The notes beneath the pieces are model-generated. The model had not been told where the DNA came from, did no database searches, and saw only the letters and a program-made list of their open reading frames with translations. This document shows, piece after piece, positions 50,624 to 59,864 of a stretch of DNA of 64,000 nucleotides (the first letter of the stretch is position 1; the number at the start of each line of letters is the position of its first letter). The DNA is from Candidatus Bathyarchaeota archaeon (GTDB taxonomy: Archaea; Thermoproteota; Bathyarchaeia; Bathyarchaeales; Bathycorpusculaceae). The DNA is taken from positions 480,001 to 544,000 of the forward strand of contig OY969706.1 in the NCBI GenBank assembly GCA_963702095.1, in the 5' to 3' direction. A program made the position numbers and the translations under genes.

Positions 50624-51505
50624 ATGGAAACACTGTATAAGTCGATAACACGAAACGATATTAGCCGTTACAAAACAATATGCGAAACATTGATTACGAA
50701 AACACAAGTTGCAAACGATTACACTACACTAAGAATCCTATTTATCGATAATAATTCCCTGCTTGAGGTTTTCCAACAAGAAATCACCCAAGCAATCGGT
50801 GGACACTTCCACGGCAATTTGCCAACTCAGGCTCATGCCTACGCCTCAAAACAAGGTCGAAGCGCTATAGCAATTAACACGGATGATTTGAGGAACAAAA
50901 CAACAGATAATTGCGAGTTTATTATTTTAGAAAAACTTTGTCATTTGTTAGATTATGCCGCAGACGATTTTACTCAAAGCGAACAATTACTTAATTTCCT
51001 TAATGCATACAGCAGAAACGCTGATTCTCATTTTGCATCTGAAGTTACCGAGAACCTTGACCGACATTACAATCATTATTACGTAAACAAACTCGTGCTA
51101 TCCTTTGATGTAGAAAAATGGATTCAATTCAAAGGTGGCTATTACGAAAAAAGCTCAAGAGCCCAATTAAGTCGCTTATTTTCTGAAATCAGGGCAACAA
51201 GACCACCCAAACATTGCCTCGTAGTCATTACGACAGAAATCCTAAAGATGCTCTGTTTTGCACGTGCTGTAGAGAGTTTTTTACTGTACGCAGAACTGCC
51301 AGAGATACAACAACTACAGCAACTAACTGGATGCAAAAACAATACATTCGAAACAATAAGATTTGCAGAGCTGAATGCGAAAGCGATTGATAATACCTAC
51401 CCAAACACAATTGATTACTTTAGACCAAATGATTTTGTCTCTAAGGATAACTTTTTTATCAGAATCAGGCAATTTTTTAATTATCTCCACTTGTTGGGGC
51501 ATTAG
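50624..51505 (+). CDS. Hypothetical protein, possibly a degenerate zincin
   Basis: 293-aa AT-rich ORF; FIILEKLCH resembles an HExxH helix. Confidence 0.55.
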   Translation: METLYKSITRNDISRYKTICETLITKTQVANDYTTLRILFIDNNSLLEVFQQEITQAIGGHFHGNLPTQAHAYASKQGRSAIAINTDDLRNKTTDNCEFIILEKLCHLLDYAADDFTQSEQLLNFLNAYSRNADSHFASEVTENLDRHYNHYYVNKLVLSFDVEKWIQFKGGYYEKSSRAQLSRLFSEIRATRPPKHCLVVITTEILKMLCFARAVESFLLYAELPEIQQLQQLTGCKNNTFETIRFAELNAKAIDNTYPNTIDYFRPNDFVSKDNFFIRIRQFFNYLHLLGH

Positions 51506-51553
51506 AGATTACAAGTTTTGTATTTTATTTGTTTGGAACCAATAATAGAAGTA

Positions 51554-51581
51554 TGGAGCTGGGGATGGGAATTGAACCCAT
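51554..51581 (-). other. tRNA 3'-end fragment (probable att site)
   Basis: Minus strand ATGGG-TTCAATT-CCCAT-CCCCAGC-T-CCA is a T-arm, acceptor strand, discriminator and CCA; no 5' half is present. Confidence 0.8.
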
Positions 51582-51634
51582 TCCCGAGTGGAGATATCAC
51601 CCGCATACCCCTCTTTTTTCCAAATTTAGTTAGT

Positions 51635-52495
51635 TCAAATTTTTGATGGACTTAGTCTCAACAAGAACATTGTTTTTATAAACTCATAGATTTTTGGATC
51701 GTCTATACAAATACCTTCATTTGTTCCTTCATCAGCGTTCTTATTCCAGCCCAACAGTACCTGATTAATACCAGTCATCGCTGAAACGCCTTTGTAGGGG
51801 TCTACACCAATCAGTTCGTAATAGAAATGATGAGAATATTTTTTTTTCACAGCATCAACTATTTCTATTTGGTCCAGAATTGGACTTACAAGAGCGTAAA
51901 GCTTGCCGCCTCTGGAAAAATAGTCTCTCAAAGTTGCTCCAAATTGTTCTACAGGATCTAACTCTTTTGAAGCCATTCCTACGTCATCGAGTATGGATTT
52001 ATAGAAAACTCCTCTTCTACTAATAACAAAGACTTCATCAGGTTTTTTCTTAATCATTTCAATTGCTTTTCTGTAGAAAGTGTCTCTTCCAAATAAATAT
52101 TCGAAATGAGGGTCTGGCGAAGTCGGACCAGTTCCATACTGCTCTATGTATTTGTTAAGAGAATCCAGAGAAATGTGGTTAAGCTGTTGGTTGAATCTCA
52201 ATTGTGCCTTTTCTAACATCGTTTTTATGGTGTCGGGTGGCAAGATTTTGTATTTTGCTGGTCTCTGGTCTTTTGGTGTTGTGAGAATTATTAAGTTCTT
52301 AGTGTGAAGTGATTTGAGAGCAACATGCACTTTTCCTAACTGTATCCTCTTTCCCCCAGAAAAAGCAATTGTCTTAGCATCTGCAGGCTCCTTTGCTCGA
52401 AGTAAAGCTCTGAGTGTTTGCTTTTCCTCTGTTGATAAACTTTCACCCATTTCTGTGAGTATATCGAAAATATCTTTCTCTGCACTTGAGTCCAT
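51635..52495 (-). CDS. TrmB-like wHTH regulator with C-terminal sensor domain
   Basis: LS.EE…LL….ADAKTIA…KVH.ALKSL..KNLI…RPAKYK.LPP. Confidence 0.7.
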   Translation of the reverse strand: MDSSAEKDIFDILTEMGESLSTEEKQTLRALLRAKEPADAKTIAFSGGKRIQLGKVHVALKSLHTKNLIILTTPKDQRPAKYKILPPDTIKTMLEKAQLRFNQQLNHISLDSLNKYIEQYGTGPTSPDPHFEYLFGRDTFYRKAIEMIKKKPDEVFVISRRGVFYKSILDDVGMASKELDPVEQFGATLRDYFSRGGKLYALVSPILDQIEIVDAVKKKYSHHFYYELIGVDPYKGVSAMTGINQVLLGWNKNADEGTNEGICIDDPKIYEFIKTMFLLRLSPSKI

Positions 52496-52541
52496 AACAC
52501 CACCAAACTATTTGTTATTGGTTCTAATATTTAAAATATTC

Positions 52542-52562
52542 GACTATTCATAATAAATAGTC
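52542..52562. promoter_or_regulatory. Palindromic operator GACTATT-N7-AATAGTC
   Basis: Perfect 7-bp inverted repeat next to an AT-rich TATA-like box between two divergent genes. Confidence 0.55.
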
Positions 52563-52612
52563 TTTTGTAGTTAGCCACCCTGATTATTCGTAGATATCGA
52601 GGTCGAGAGATA

Positions 52613-52756
52613 ATGTTGGAGCCTATAATAATAGGGTGCCAAACAAAATCTGAATTCATAATCTGCGGGAACTGCATCTACTTCAGGGAGTGTAAACTTC
52701 GTACCAGATTAGGAGTGGGCAAAGAAGATCCGACGAGCAAGATTTGGAAGCGATAA
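52613..52756 (+). CDS. Unannotated 47-aa Cys-rich peptide
   Basis: MLEPIIIGCQTKSEFIICGNCIYFRECKLRTRLGVGKEDPTSKIWKR; GAGGT SD-like sequence upstream. Confidence 0.5.
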   Translation: MLEPIIIGCQTKSEFIICGNCIYFRECKLRTRLGVGKEDPTSKIWKR

Positions 52757-52898
52757 CTAACAAAACGCTATACCGTCCCCGATACGAATTAGGACTAATT
52801 GAAAAACGCTTTGCAGTGTACAAATATGGATTGCTTCGGAACCCTCAGTTCAGTGAAGATGTCACCCTCATTACCCATTTTTTTCGTTAATAATTGGG

Positions 52899-53435
52899 CT
52901 ACAGGTTAAGGCTACAAGCTAGATCCAGAAGGTCCTTCAGTTCTTTTTGACCTATATTGTATTTGTCAAGTAGTGCTGCGAGTTTCAAGATGTCAAGAAC
53001 TTCGACTGGGATTGGAATTGTCCTATTCCATGCCTGTATAGCCCTCCAAGCTTCAGGTTTTATTTCACCATTAGTCACTAACAGAAGGCGCCTTGGATTA
53101 TCTTTTGATGTGCCATTTGGAAAATCGTGTTCTAGAGTACAAAAGGCTGCAAACATCTGACCCGATATTGTATTCATCCAATCAGGTAATGAAATGTCTC
53201 CAACTTTTACTTGTATAAGCAGAATCTGTTTTTTGCCTAATGGGTCATTTGTTTCATCGACGGTAGCGATTGTATCTTTTCCATGCTCGCTGGGACCATG
53301 AAGTGGTTGCACATTGAATTTAGAAATTTTTGTCGCAAGAAAAACTCTAACTAGTTTTCTTAATTTATCCTCATCCAGCTGCTGTAATGCAGGTACGATC
53401 AATAGTAAATCGGAGGACAAGATAACGAGCTCCAA
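52899..53435 (-). CDS. Mrr-like restriction endonuclease-fold protein
   Basis: HGPSEHGKDTIA…LIQVKVGD (D…QxK), LLVTNG. Confidence 0.7.
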   Translation of the reverse strand: MELVILSSDLLLIVPALQQLDEDKLRKLVRVFLATKISKFNVQPLHGPSEHGKDTIATVDETNDPLGKKQILLIQVKVGDISLPDWMNTISGQMFAAFCTLEHDFPNGTSKDNPRRLLLVTNGEIKPEAWRAIQAWNRTIPIPVEVLDILKLAALLDKYNIGQKELKDLLDLACSLNL

Positions 53436-54068
53436 TCAAGCAGTTGGCTTTTTGGATTGATCGGTAGCTTCAATTTTTTGTTTTTGTTCCTGATATTTTC
53501 TCATAATCACTTCAAGTTCTTTCTTCTCATCCTCAGGTGATTTGACAAGAAGCCCGCCAGTGTTCGCAAGAAACTTGCCGAGCGTTCTCTCAATCGACTC
53601 AAGTTTTTCAGACATCTGTTTGATACGACGATCAAGAGGTTCATCCACCAACATTTGTGCCGTGATCCAGCTATTCAGTACCGAGCGTGTGTCAATAGAA
53701 TCTTTGGAAGTAAACTCAACATTGAAGAGATTCTTGCATTTAGAAACCATGTTTATTGAAGTAATCTTTTCAGCGATTGTTTTCATATCGCTTTCTGGAA
53801 GGAAAAATCTCTTCTTTTCGCCGGCATTTAATATGGGGAAAAATACCTTCTTTCTATAGTCTGTAACCGGTTCTACCCAGAACTCAACCTGCAAGTCAAT
53901 TGCGGGGGTATTGCTAACATTTTGTATTCCAAATACTACAGAAACGGGACCGAGTGTATCTAGCAGAGGTTTGATTACGGGTGAATATCTCAATTGATTG
54001 CTTACTCGTACTTCATTGGTTAAAGCTTCAAGTGACTTTGATTTGTCTTGATCCATCAAACTCCCCAT
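53436..54068 (-). CDS. Hypothetical protein (Ig-like domain + coiled coil)
   Basis: IQNVSNTPAIDL…ILNAGEK beta-sandwich pattern; abuts the nuclease gene. Confidence 0.55.
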   Translation of the reverse strand: MGSLMDQDKSKSLEALTNEVRVSNQLRYSPVIKPLLDTLGPVSVVFGIQNVSNTPAIDLQVEFWVEPVTDYRKKVFFPILNAGEKKRFFLPESDMKTIAEKITSINMVSKCKNLFNVEFTSKDSIDTRSVLNSWITAQMLVDEPLDRRIKQMSEKLESIERTLGKFLANTGGLLVKSPEDEKKELEVIMRKYQEQKQKIEATDQSKKPTA

Positions 54069-54240
54069 TTACTTATCAGTGTTTACCAATTTAATAGTAG
54101 CGATAAGGAGTGCTCATTCAGACTCAACGATCAGAAATCGCTCTTTAATATAGTGGAGCATTTTGCCCATGGGAGAGTTTTTTGCCAAAGACAAATTAGC
54201 CAAGACCAAGTAGTCCTATCTTCAGGGGGATGACGCTAAA

Positions 54241-55275
54241 ATGTTTAGGGATGCACCCGAATCATATCAGGGTAACGTTTTTCTTGAAGCTGCTTCCAGG
54301 CCAGCCAGCTTTGTTTCTGAATTATTCTACAATGGTACGTTTCAAAATATGGATTCTCTTTTTTACAATGGTTGGACGGATAAAGTTGTTGAAAGGTTGA
54401 AAATATCCAAGGGATTATTTCTTGCTTGTTACTTAGCTGATTTGAATGCTGCAATTCAAAATATGAAGAAGTTCAAGTGTTTCGATGGCATATTGGAAAA
54501 ACTATCTGAAGTAGATGATAATTTTATTCCTACGGTTTTTGAAATTGAGGCCGCAGAATTGATAATTAACATGTTCAAGGAACGTGCAACTGATCTAGAA
54601 TTTGCAGGGTGTTTTGCAACTAACGGTGACAAAAAGATCGATTTGAGGTTAAAAGTGGAAAATCACTGGATCTATTTCGAGATGACCAAAATTATGGATT
54701 ATGTTGGAAAGCTAGATACACTTCGTCTTTACAATTTGGCTTGTTCTTTTCTACTGGGTGCTAAAACACTTTCCGGAAAAACGCTTGAATTGCAACTTAT
54801 TTTCGAGAATTCCCCAAATCAAGGTTCAATTGACAGTGTTCTGAATGAAATTTCAAGTATGTTATCCAAAAATATATTTGAATTTACGGTTATCCATGAA
54901 AAATTCAAGTTTTCAGCAAAAGAAACAATTGTACCGAATGTTAGGCTTAAGATAAAATCAGATACTATAGCAAATAAATTAAAAGACAAGTACTTTGAAG
55001 AGCTAGAGCATTTTGATAATCAAACCATTAATTTGACTGTAATTGACACAACTTATTTGCCGGATACTCCGGGTGAATTGATTGATCTCACGCGAAAGAT
55101 CTTTAAGACCGAAGGAGACCTGAGTCCAATCTCAGCTGTAATTCTAGCCTGTAAGAAACATGTGATAGACAATAGAAATGCTTTTCCAATAACAGGAGCT
55201 TGGGAATTACCCGTTATTTTCAACGATAGATGTGATAAATATAAGATTGTTAAAGGGTTATTCCGTTTCAGTTAA
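54241..55275 (+). CDS. Hypothetical protein with possible PD-(D/E)xK-like motif
   Basis: FEIE…KIDLRL…IYFEMTK. Confidence 0.55.
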   Translation: MFRDAPESYQGNVFLEAASRPASFVSELFYNGTFQNMDSLFYNGWTDKVVERLKISKGLFLACYLADLNAAIQNMKKFKCFDGILEKLSEVDDNFIPTVFEIEAAELIINMFKERATDLEFAGCFATNGDKKIDLRLKVENHWIYFEMTKIMDYVGKLDTLRLYNLACSFLLGAKTLSGKTLELQLIFENSPNQGSIDSVLNEISSMLSKNIFEFTVIHEKFKFSAKETIVPNVRLKIKSDTIANKLKDKYFEELEHFDNQTINLTVIDTTYLPDTPGELIDLTRKIFKTEGDLSPISAVILACKKHVIDNRNAFPITGAWELPVIFNDRCDKYKIVKGLFRFS

Positions 55276-55309
55276 TTAACCCCTTTTTTGATTTTACTTG
55301 AATGGCCAA

Positions 55310-56254
55310 TTAACAATTATCTTTGAACCTAGACTCAACACCTGGATACCCAAAGCCTTCAACTGGCCAAGGTTCAGCCGGAAGTTTTGAGAAGATGATT
55401 TCCAATTTCGTGTAAATCGAGTTAGCCCAGGTTGTTTCTGGGGTATCCTTGAGATCTGGAATTTTTTGTTTTAAGTGTTCGCAAGCAAGTCCCAGTTCGT
55501 AGTTGGCAGTCTCGACTTTCTTCTTTCCGTCCATTAAATAGGAGATCGCTACACCCACTTTTTCGATTGGATAAAGTATAACGTCGGCTAAAACTCTTCC
55601 AGGCTTTCCTAATTCATAAGTTTGGGTTAATTCTAAAAGAATATGTTGAAGTTCGAGCAATAGATCGATGTGATCTTCAGGATAAACCACTTCAACTGGA
55701 TACCGTATTGCCTCTTGATAGTATTTTTCGGTTGCGACTTGATAAATTCTCATGGCGCCACCTAGATATTCGTCATCTAAAATCTTTTGAATTGATTCTG
55801 CTTTACTGAATTCCAAAGCTTTGCTTAGATAAGTTTTAGTTTGGATCCAATCCGGCTTTCTCATGGCATTTACAGAACTTCCAATACTATTAAGCCACTC
55901 CAAAATATCATGGCTCTTATACTTCTGTTCTTTTGAAATTTCTAATCGATAGAAAATGTCAAAAAGGCTTATTTCGGTATCTTGCATCTCAATAGCTAGA
56001 TCTCGCCAATCTCGAGAGGGTGGATCAAAATTGATAAGTGGTTCTAAGGCAAATCCCAATTCTCTATGGGTTCCGTTAGAAGAGCTCGTTAATTCTTTGT
56101 GAAGCTTAACAATATCGCCCTGGCTAATCTCTTGGTTGGAATAAAGGCGTTCCAGTTGATCCATTATTTTCGGTAATGAATTGTCATATCTGTAATTGTC
56201 AATGCACTCAATTAAAACAGATCCAATCACAAACTTTGCAATCTTCGGGTCCAA
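55310..56254 (-). CDS. Hypothetical alpha-helical protein
   Basis: 314-aa ORF; no family recognised. Confidence 0.6.
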   Translation of the reverse strand: MDPKIAKFVIGSVLIECIDNYRYDNSLPKIMDQLERLYSNQEISQGDIVKLHKELTSSSNGTHRELGFALEPLINFDPPSRDWRDLAIEMQDTEISLFDIFYRLEISKEQKYKSHDILEWLNSIGSSVNAMRKPDWIQTKTYLSKALEFSKAESIQKILDDEYLGGAMRIYQVATEKYYQEAIRYPVEVVYPEDHIDLLLELQHILLELTQTYELGKPGRVLADVILYPIEKVGVAISYLMDGKKKVETANYELGLACEHLKQKIPDLKDTPETTWANSIYTKLEIIFSKLPAEPWPVEGFGYPGVESRFKDNC

Positions 56255-56337
56255 TCTAATTCCTTCTTTTATTAATGAGGGCTATAATTAGTCTTAAGGT
56301 TTGCCAAGGAAATTACGAATGCTTTCAGTGTGCACCT

Positions 56338-57069
56338 TTATACATGGAGACGAGAGTAGAAATGTTCAGCTTTTTGATTAATAACTGAAATAATAAGCCA
56401 AGTTCCGTAGTGGACGTGTGTTCCTACTAAGAAATATGGGTTGAAATCGTTAACAAACTCACAAAAACTGTTTTCGATCTTTTGCATGGCCTTGGGAGAA
56501 TTATTGTTCAAGAGTAGCTTTCTATAATAATTCCCAATTTCCATATCTTCGCACATAATTGAGTGTCCTTTGCAGTTTGGACGACACAAGAAATCTATCT
56601 TCATCCAGAAAGGAAGCAAACTAATTGAATTTATGCTCTTTCCTCTGAGACGAGTGTAATGTCCAGTTTTTCTTTTGCACTGGCGGTCTGCCCGGCAACT
56701 GGTTATTTCTGTGGGCTTGATTATTGAGAGCGACATTTTATTTCTTTGATTAAGGTAATCAAGTGAGGGACTTGTGTTGTTTCTAATTTTTTCAGCAACT
56801 GTAGCTTGGCTAGCGAAATCCAAAGGCTCAATTGTGTTATATTTTACTTTGCGGCTCTCGGGTCTACCGTCTCTGTTCGCTTTTTCATCAATTTCGTAGC
56901 TTATGTATTGGAACTTCTTAAATGGTCTACAAACGTAGTGACTCATTGGAACGGAGTACATGCGTCTAAATTTGCCCTCGGAAGTTATGCCAGCCACGCA
57001 AATGGCTACTTCATACGTTCTGCTTGTGTGGGGTTCTGCAATTCCCAATACTAACATTTTTTCCTTCAT
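56338..57069 (-). CDS. DUF488-associated OB-like hypothetical protein
   Basis: PHTSRTYEVAICVAGI…RRMYSVP…FKKFQ…DGRPES, FxC…C.GH…CEDxE, GTH…WLIISV. Confidence 0.65.
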   Translation of the reverse strand: MKEKMLVLGIAEPHTSRTYEVAICVAGITSEGKFRRMYSVPMSHYVCRPFKKFQYISYEIDEKANRDGRPESRKVKYNTIEPLDFASQATVAEKIRNNTSPSLDYLNQRNKMSLSIIKPTEITSCRADRQCKRKTGHYTRLRGKSINSISLLPFWMKIDFLCRPNCKGHSIMCEDMEIGNYYRKLLLNNNSPKAMQKIENSFCEFVNDFNPYFLVGTHVHYGTWLIISVINQKAEHFYSRLHV

Positions 57070-57111
57070 AAATTCACTTCAGATAATAATCCTCGTTCTG
57101 ATAAAATAGAG

Positions 57112-57540
57112 TCAGAGATGAATAATTTCAAAACCTTCATTTATCATCTCAGCAACCAATCGCCTGTGACACTTGTCTGCTTTATCCTCACTGCACAGTA
57201 GACATGACACTTTTGTGTCTAATTTTAGGTCGTTTAGAATTTTCTTTGCATTTCTTGAATCCATAAGCGATTTGAAATTAACTTCATATTCAACCCAGTT
57301 TTTATCTTTACGATACTTGGAAAGAAGAGCTTCATCTGGAGCAAGTTGTTTAACACTAACGTATTCAATTCCAAATTGGCTTAGGATGAATTCCAGATCC
57401 GGACTTTTGGCAAAGCCTGAGAGTTGAGAAGAGTTATTCAATCTAATGTCCACAATTCTCTGGACCCCTGCCTCTTTCAGACGTGTGATGAATTCTTCTA
57501 AAGTCTTTTTGGTGAATCCAATTGTACATATCCTGTTCAT
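57112..57540 (-). CDS. DUF488 family protein
   Basis: TIGF, DIRLNNSSQLSGFAK, LLCSE…CHRRLVAE. Confidence 0.9.
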   Translation of the reverse strand: MNRICTIGFTKKTLEEFITRLKEAGVQRIVDIRLNNSSQLSGFAKSPDLEFILSQFGIEYVSVKQLAPDEALLSKYRKDKNWVEYEVNFKSLMDSRNAKKILNDLKLDTKVSCLLCSEDKADKCHRRLVAEMINEGFEIIHL

Positions 57541-57554
57541 CGAATAATCCTCTT

Positions 57555-58058
57555 CTAGAATCCTGTTAGTTTACTTTGATTCTTATTATTACTAGCTGTC
57601 TCTCGCTTTTTTGATCTTTTTGGTGAGAGAGTAAGGGTATGTGTATCTGCGTTTCCATCTTTATCTATGACTGTCACATCAATACCTCTCTTAATTAGTT
57701 CTACGATAATAAAGCGTCGATGACACTTTGAAATATCGAACTCCGAGCACATTAAGGCAGAAGACTTCTTTCCAATCTGTCGCAGTAGAAGGTCGATATT
57801 TTCTTTGAAGGCGGCTGAAGCGTGGAATTTTTCAAAGCCTCCAGTAGGGCGCCCTCCAAGTTTATCTCCAAAGTACAGATAGTCAATGTTTTCTCTTTGT
57901 ACAGAGGAAGATAGACTTTCGCGGTTAAAATGCGGAACATATTCGCTGTAGGGTTGAGACCTCAAATCAACCAAACACTCGATGTTCCATTTCTTGAGCC
58001 TCTCAATGAAGCCACTTAAGCTTTCATTTCCTGGGCATATCGAGAATATCATGGACAT
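57555..58058 (-). CDS. DUF488 family protein (second subtype)
   Basis: DLRSQPYS..VPHFNRESL, LGGRP, LMCSE…CHRRFI. Confidence 0.88.
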   Translation of the reverse strand: MSMIFSICPGNESLSGFIERLKKWNIECLVDLRSQPYSEYVPHFNRESLSSSVQRENIDYLYFGDKLGGRPTGGFEKFHASAAFKENIDLLLRQIGKKSSALMCSEFDISKCHRRFIIVELIKRGIDVTVIDKDGNADTHTLTLSPKRSKKRETASNNKNQSKLTGF

Positions 58059-59510
58059 ACACCTTCTGCGTAATAATCCGGAACTGTCAAAACGCTTACG
58101 ACCATTGGCCAGTACCTCGGCTGAATTGAGCTTCCAGGTGGAGCATATTTTCCATCCTTAATCTTATTATTGGAATCAAGGGAATCTCCAGTTAAACCTA
58201 TCACGAAATACGTTTCCTTGTTTCTAAGTTCAACGATGTCCTGTGAATTCATTATTGTTTGATTACAGTTTTCAAGTTTGTCAATGATGAATTTGCAAAA
58301 TCTAATATCAGTGCACGTTATGGAAAAGACTCTTTGTTTATCGCTCTGCCTAACTATCCATATTCTGGGGTGTTTTTTTCCGATTACTATGTTGGATTGA
58401 ATTTCAAAATAAGGCACGGGACCCACTAAAACTAGCGACTTTTCTAGGCTGGTGGATAGTTCATCAAATAGTTCTTCCCGAGAACTGACTTTGTTAAGAA
58501 TTCTGTTATCGACCACTTCTGAGAGCAGACTTTTCCGTGTTTCTTCTTCTAGATTCATTACGAATTTAATGCCTTCTACTGCGCTAAATAGCAAATTCTC
58601 TTTTTGATGCTTGATTGGAAAGTGATTGCTAAATCCCATCTCGACAACATCAAAAAGTGATAGCCTCTTGCCATTGTCCATAATTATGTCTTCTTCCCCA
58701 AAACCCCCTGGTTTAATCGGACGAACCCATAATTTATCCTCATCTACCCCTGCAAGACAAATTCTTCCGTTTTTTTCCGATTCTACTAAGAATAGTAACT
58801 AATCGATTTTCTTGAGTTGAACTATATAAGGCATTTTGGGATTTGTCTAAACCCAGTTTTTTAAGTCTCGAACGGATAGCTCCTGTTCTTCTTTGGTGCT
58901 TTTTTGCTATCTCAGAAACAGAAAAACCTTCCTTGAAATATTTGGATAATTCACAATCTTCGTCCGGAGTCCAGCTTTCATATGCTCTCGGATCCTTTTT
59001 TCTAATTTCGCCAAGGTCGTATGACTTATCTTGAATTGCTTTCTGTGAAATCAATTGTTTTGGTTCGTCAGTAATAGAATTAAAATATGCTTTACCTGTT
59101 CTCTTAGAAATGTTAACAACAAACTTCTTCCTGGCTGAGAGATTTTGAAGTTTGCTTGTGTCTTTCCTTGTTGTCACAATATCTAGATCTTGGGCTTTTG
59201 TTCGAATTTCAAAAGCAAACTCGATCCCTTTATCTGATTTCCATATAACGTTAATTAAGCTTGTTCGCCCTTCTCGGACCAAATCCGGAACAGGATACTC
59301 AGTAATTGAGTGAAAACCTAGCTCATTGCCTATTCTCCATAACTTATACTCTGCAAGCTTGTGAACCCTCTTTCCAGCTTCAATTTCTACCCCCCCGAAT
59401 AGTTTTGCTAAATCTGCACCATCCCAGGTCTGCCATAATTGAGAACCGCAGTTAGGGCAAAATTTGTATTCTATTCGCGTTTCGTTTTTGCAGTTTGAAC
59501 AAACTGGCAT
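58049..59510 (-). CDS. Zn-ribbon/nuclease-like/Myb-like/dual-OB fusion protein (frameshift in A7 run at 58770-58776)
   Basis: CSNC…CPNCG; EYPV…FAFEI; WTPDED..L…EIAKKHQR…IRSRL; removing one A gives ILSRIGKNGRICLAGVDEDKLWVRPI, continuous with 58049-58681 (HQKEN, CTD..F, VIGL). Confidence 0.7.
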
Positions 59511-59589
59511 CCGTAATCTATCAGTTGTTTGTTGTGAAGTAGTTTTAAGGATTGTGAACTAGTGATATTAATGCAGCTATTCGTGACGC

Positions 59590-59817
59590 ATGGAGAGCGA
59601 TAAGGTGGGCGCAACTTGGTTAAAAACAAATCCAGAGAAATGTGTTCACAATTGTTCCATACTTAGAATACATGAATCTTATATGTGTAGTGATTACATT
59701 AAAGATTGGAAAAACTCTAGGTGCCATCTGGAGTTACCTAGAAGAACCAATAAGCCACCCAATAGCACGGAAAAGGATAGAAAGAAACAGCTGAGAGTGT
59801 TAGCCAAAGCAGACTAA
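59590..59817 (+). CDS. Small hypothetical protein with four Cys
   Basis: 75-aa ORF at the head of the helicase operon. Confidence 0.4.
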   Translation: MESDKVGATWLKTNPEKCVHNCSILRIHESYMCSDYIKDWKNSRCHLELPRRTNKPPNSTEKDRKKQLRVLAKAD

Positions 59818-59864
59818 AGATGCCTGGGTGAAACCCAACTTTAGAAGACAACGGTGAAAATAAA

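Noticed and set aside
51554-51625. Complete tRNA gene
   Set aside because: Only the T-arm and 3' acceptor strand are present; no D-arm, anticodon arm or complementary 5' strand
58770-58776. Programmed frameshift at the A7 run
   Set aside because: Cannot be distinguished from the many homopolymer indels in the window; no stimulatory structure seen
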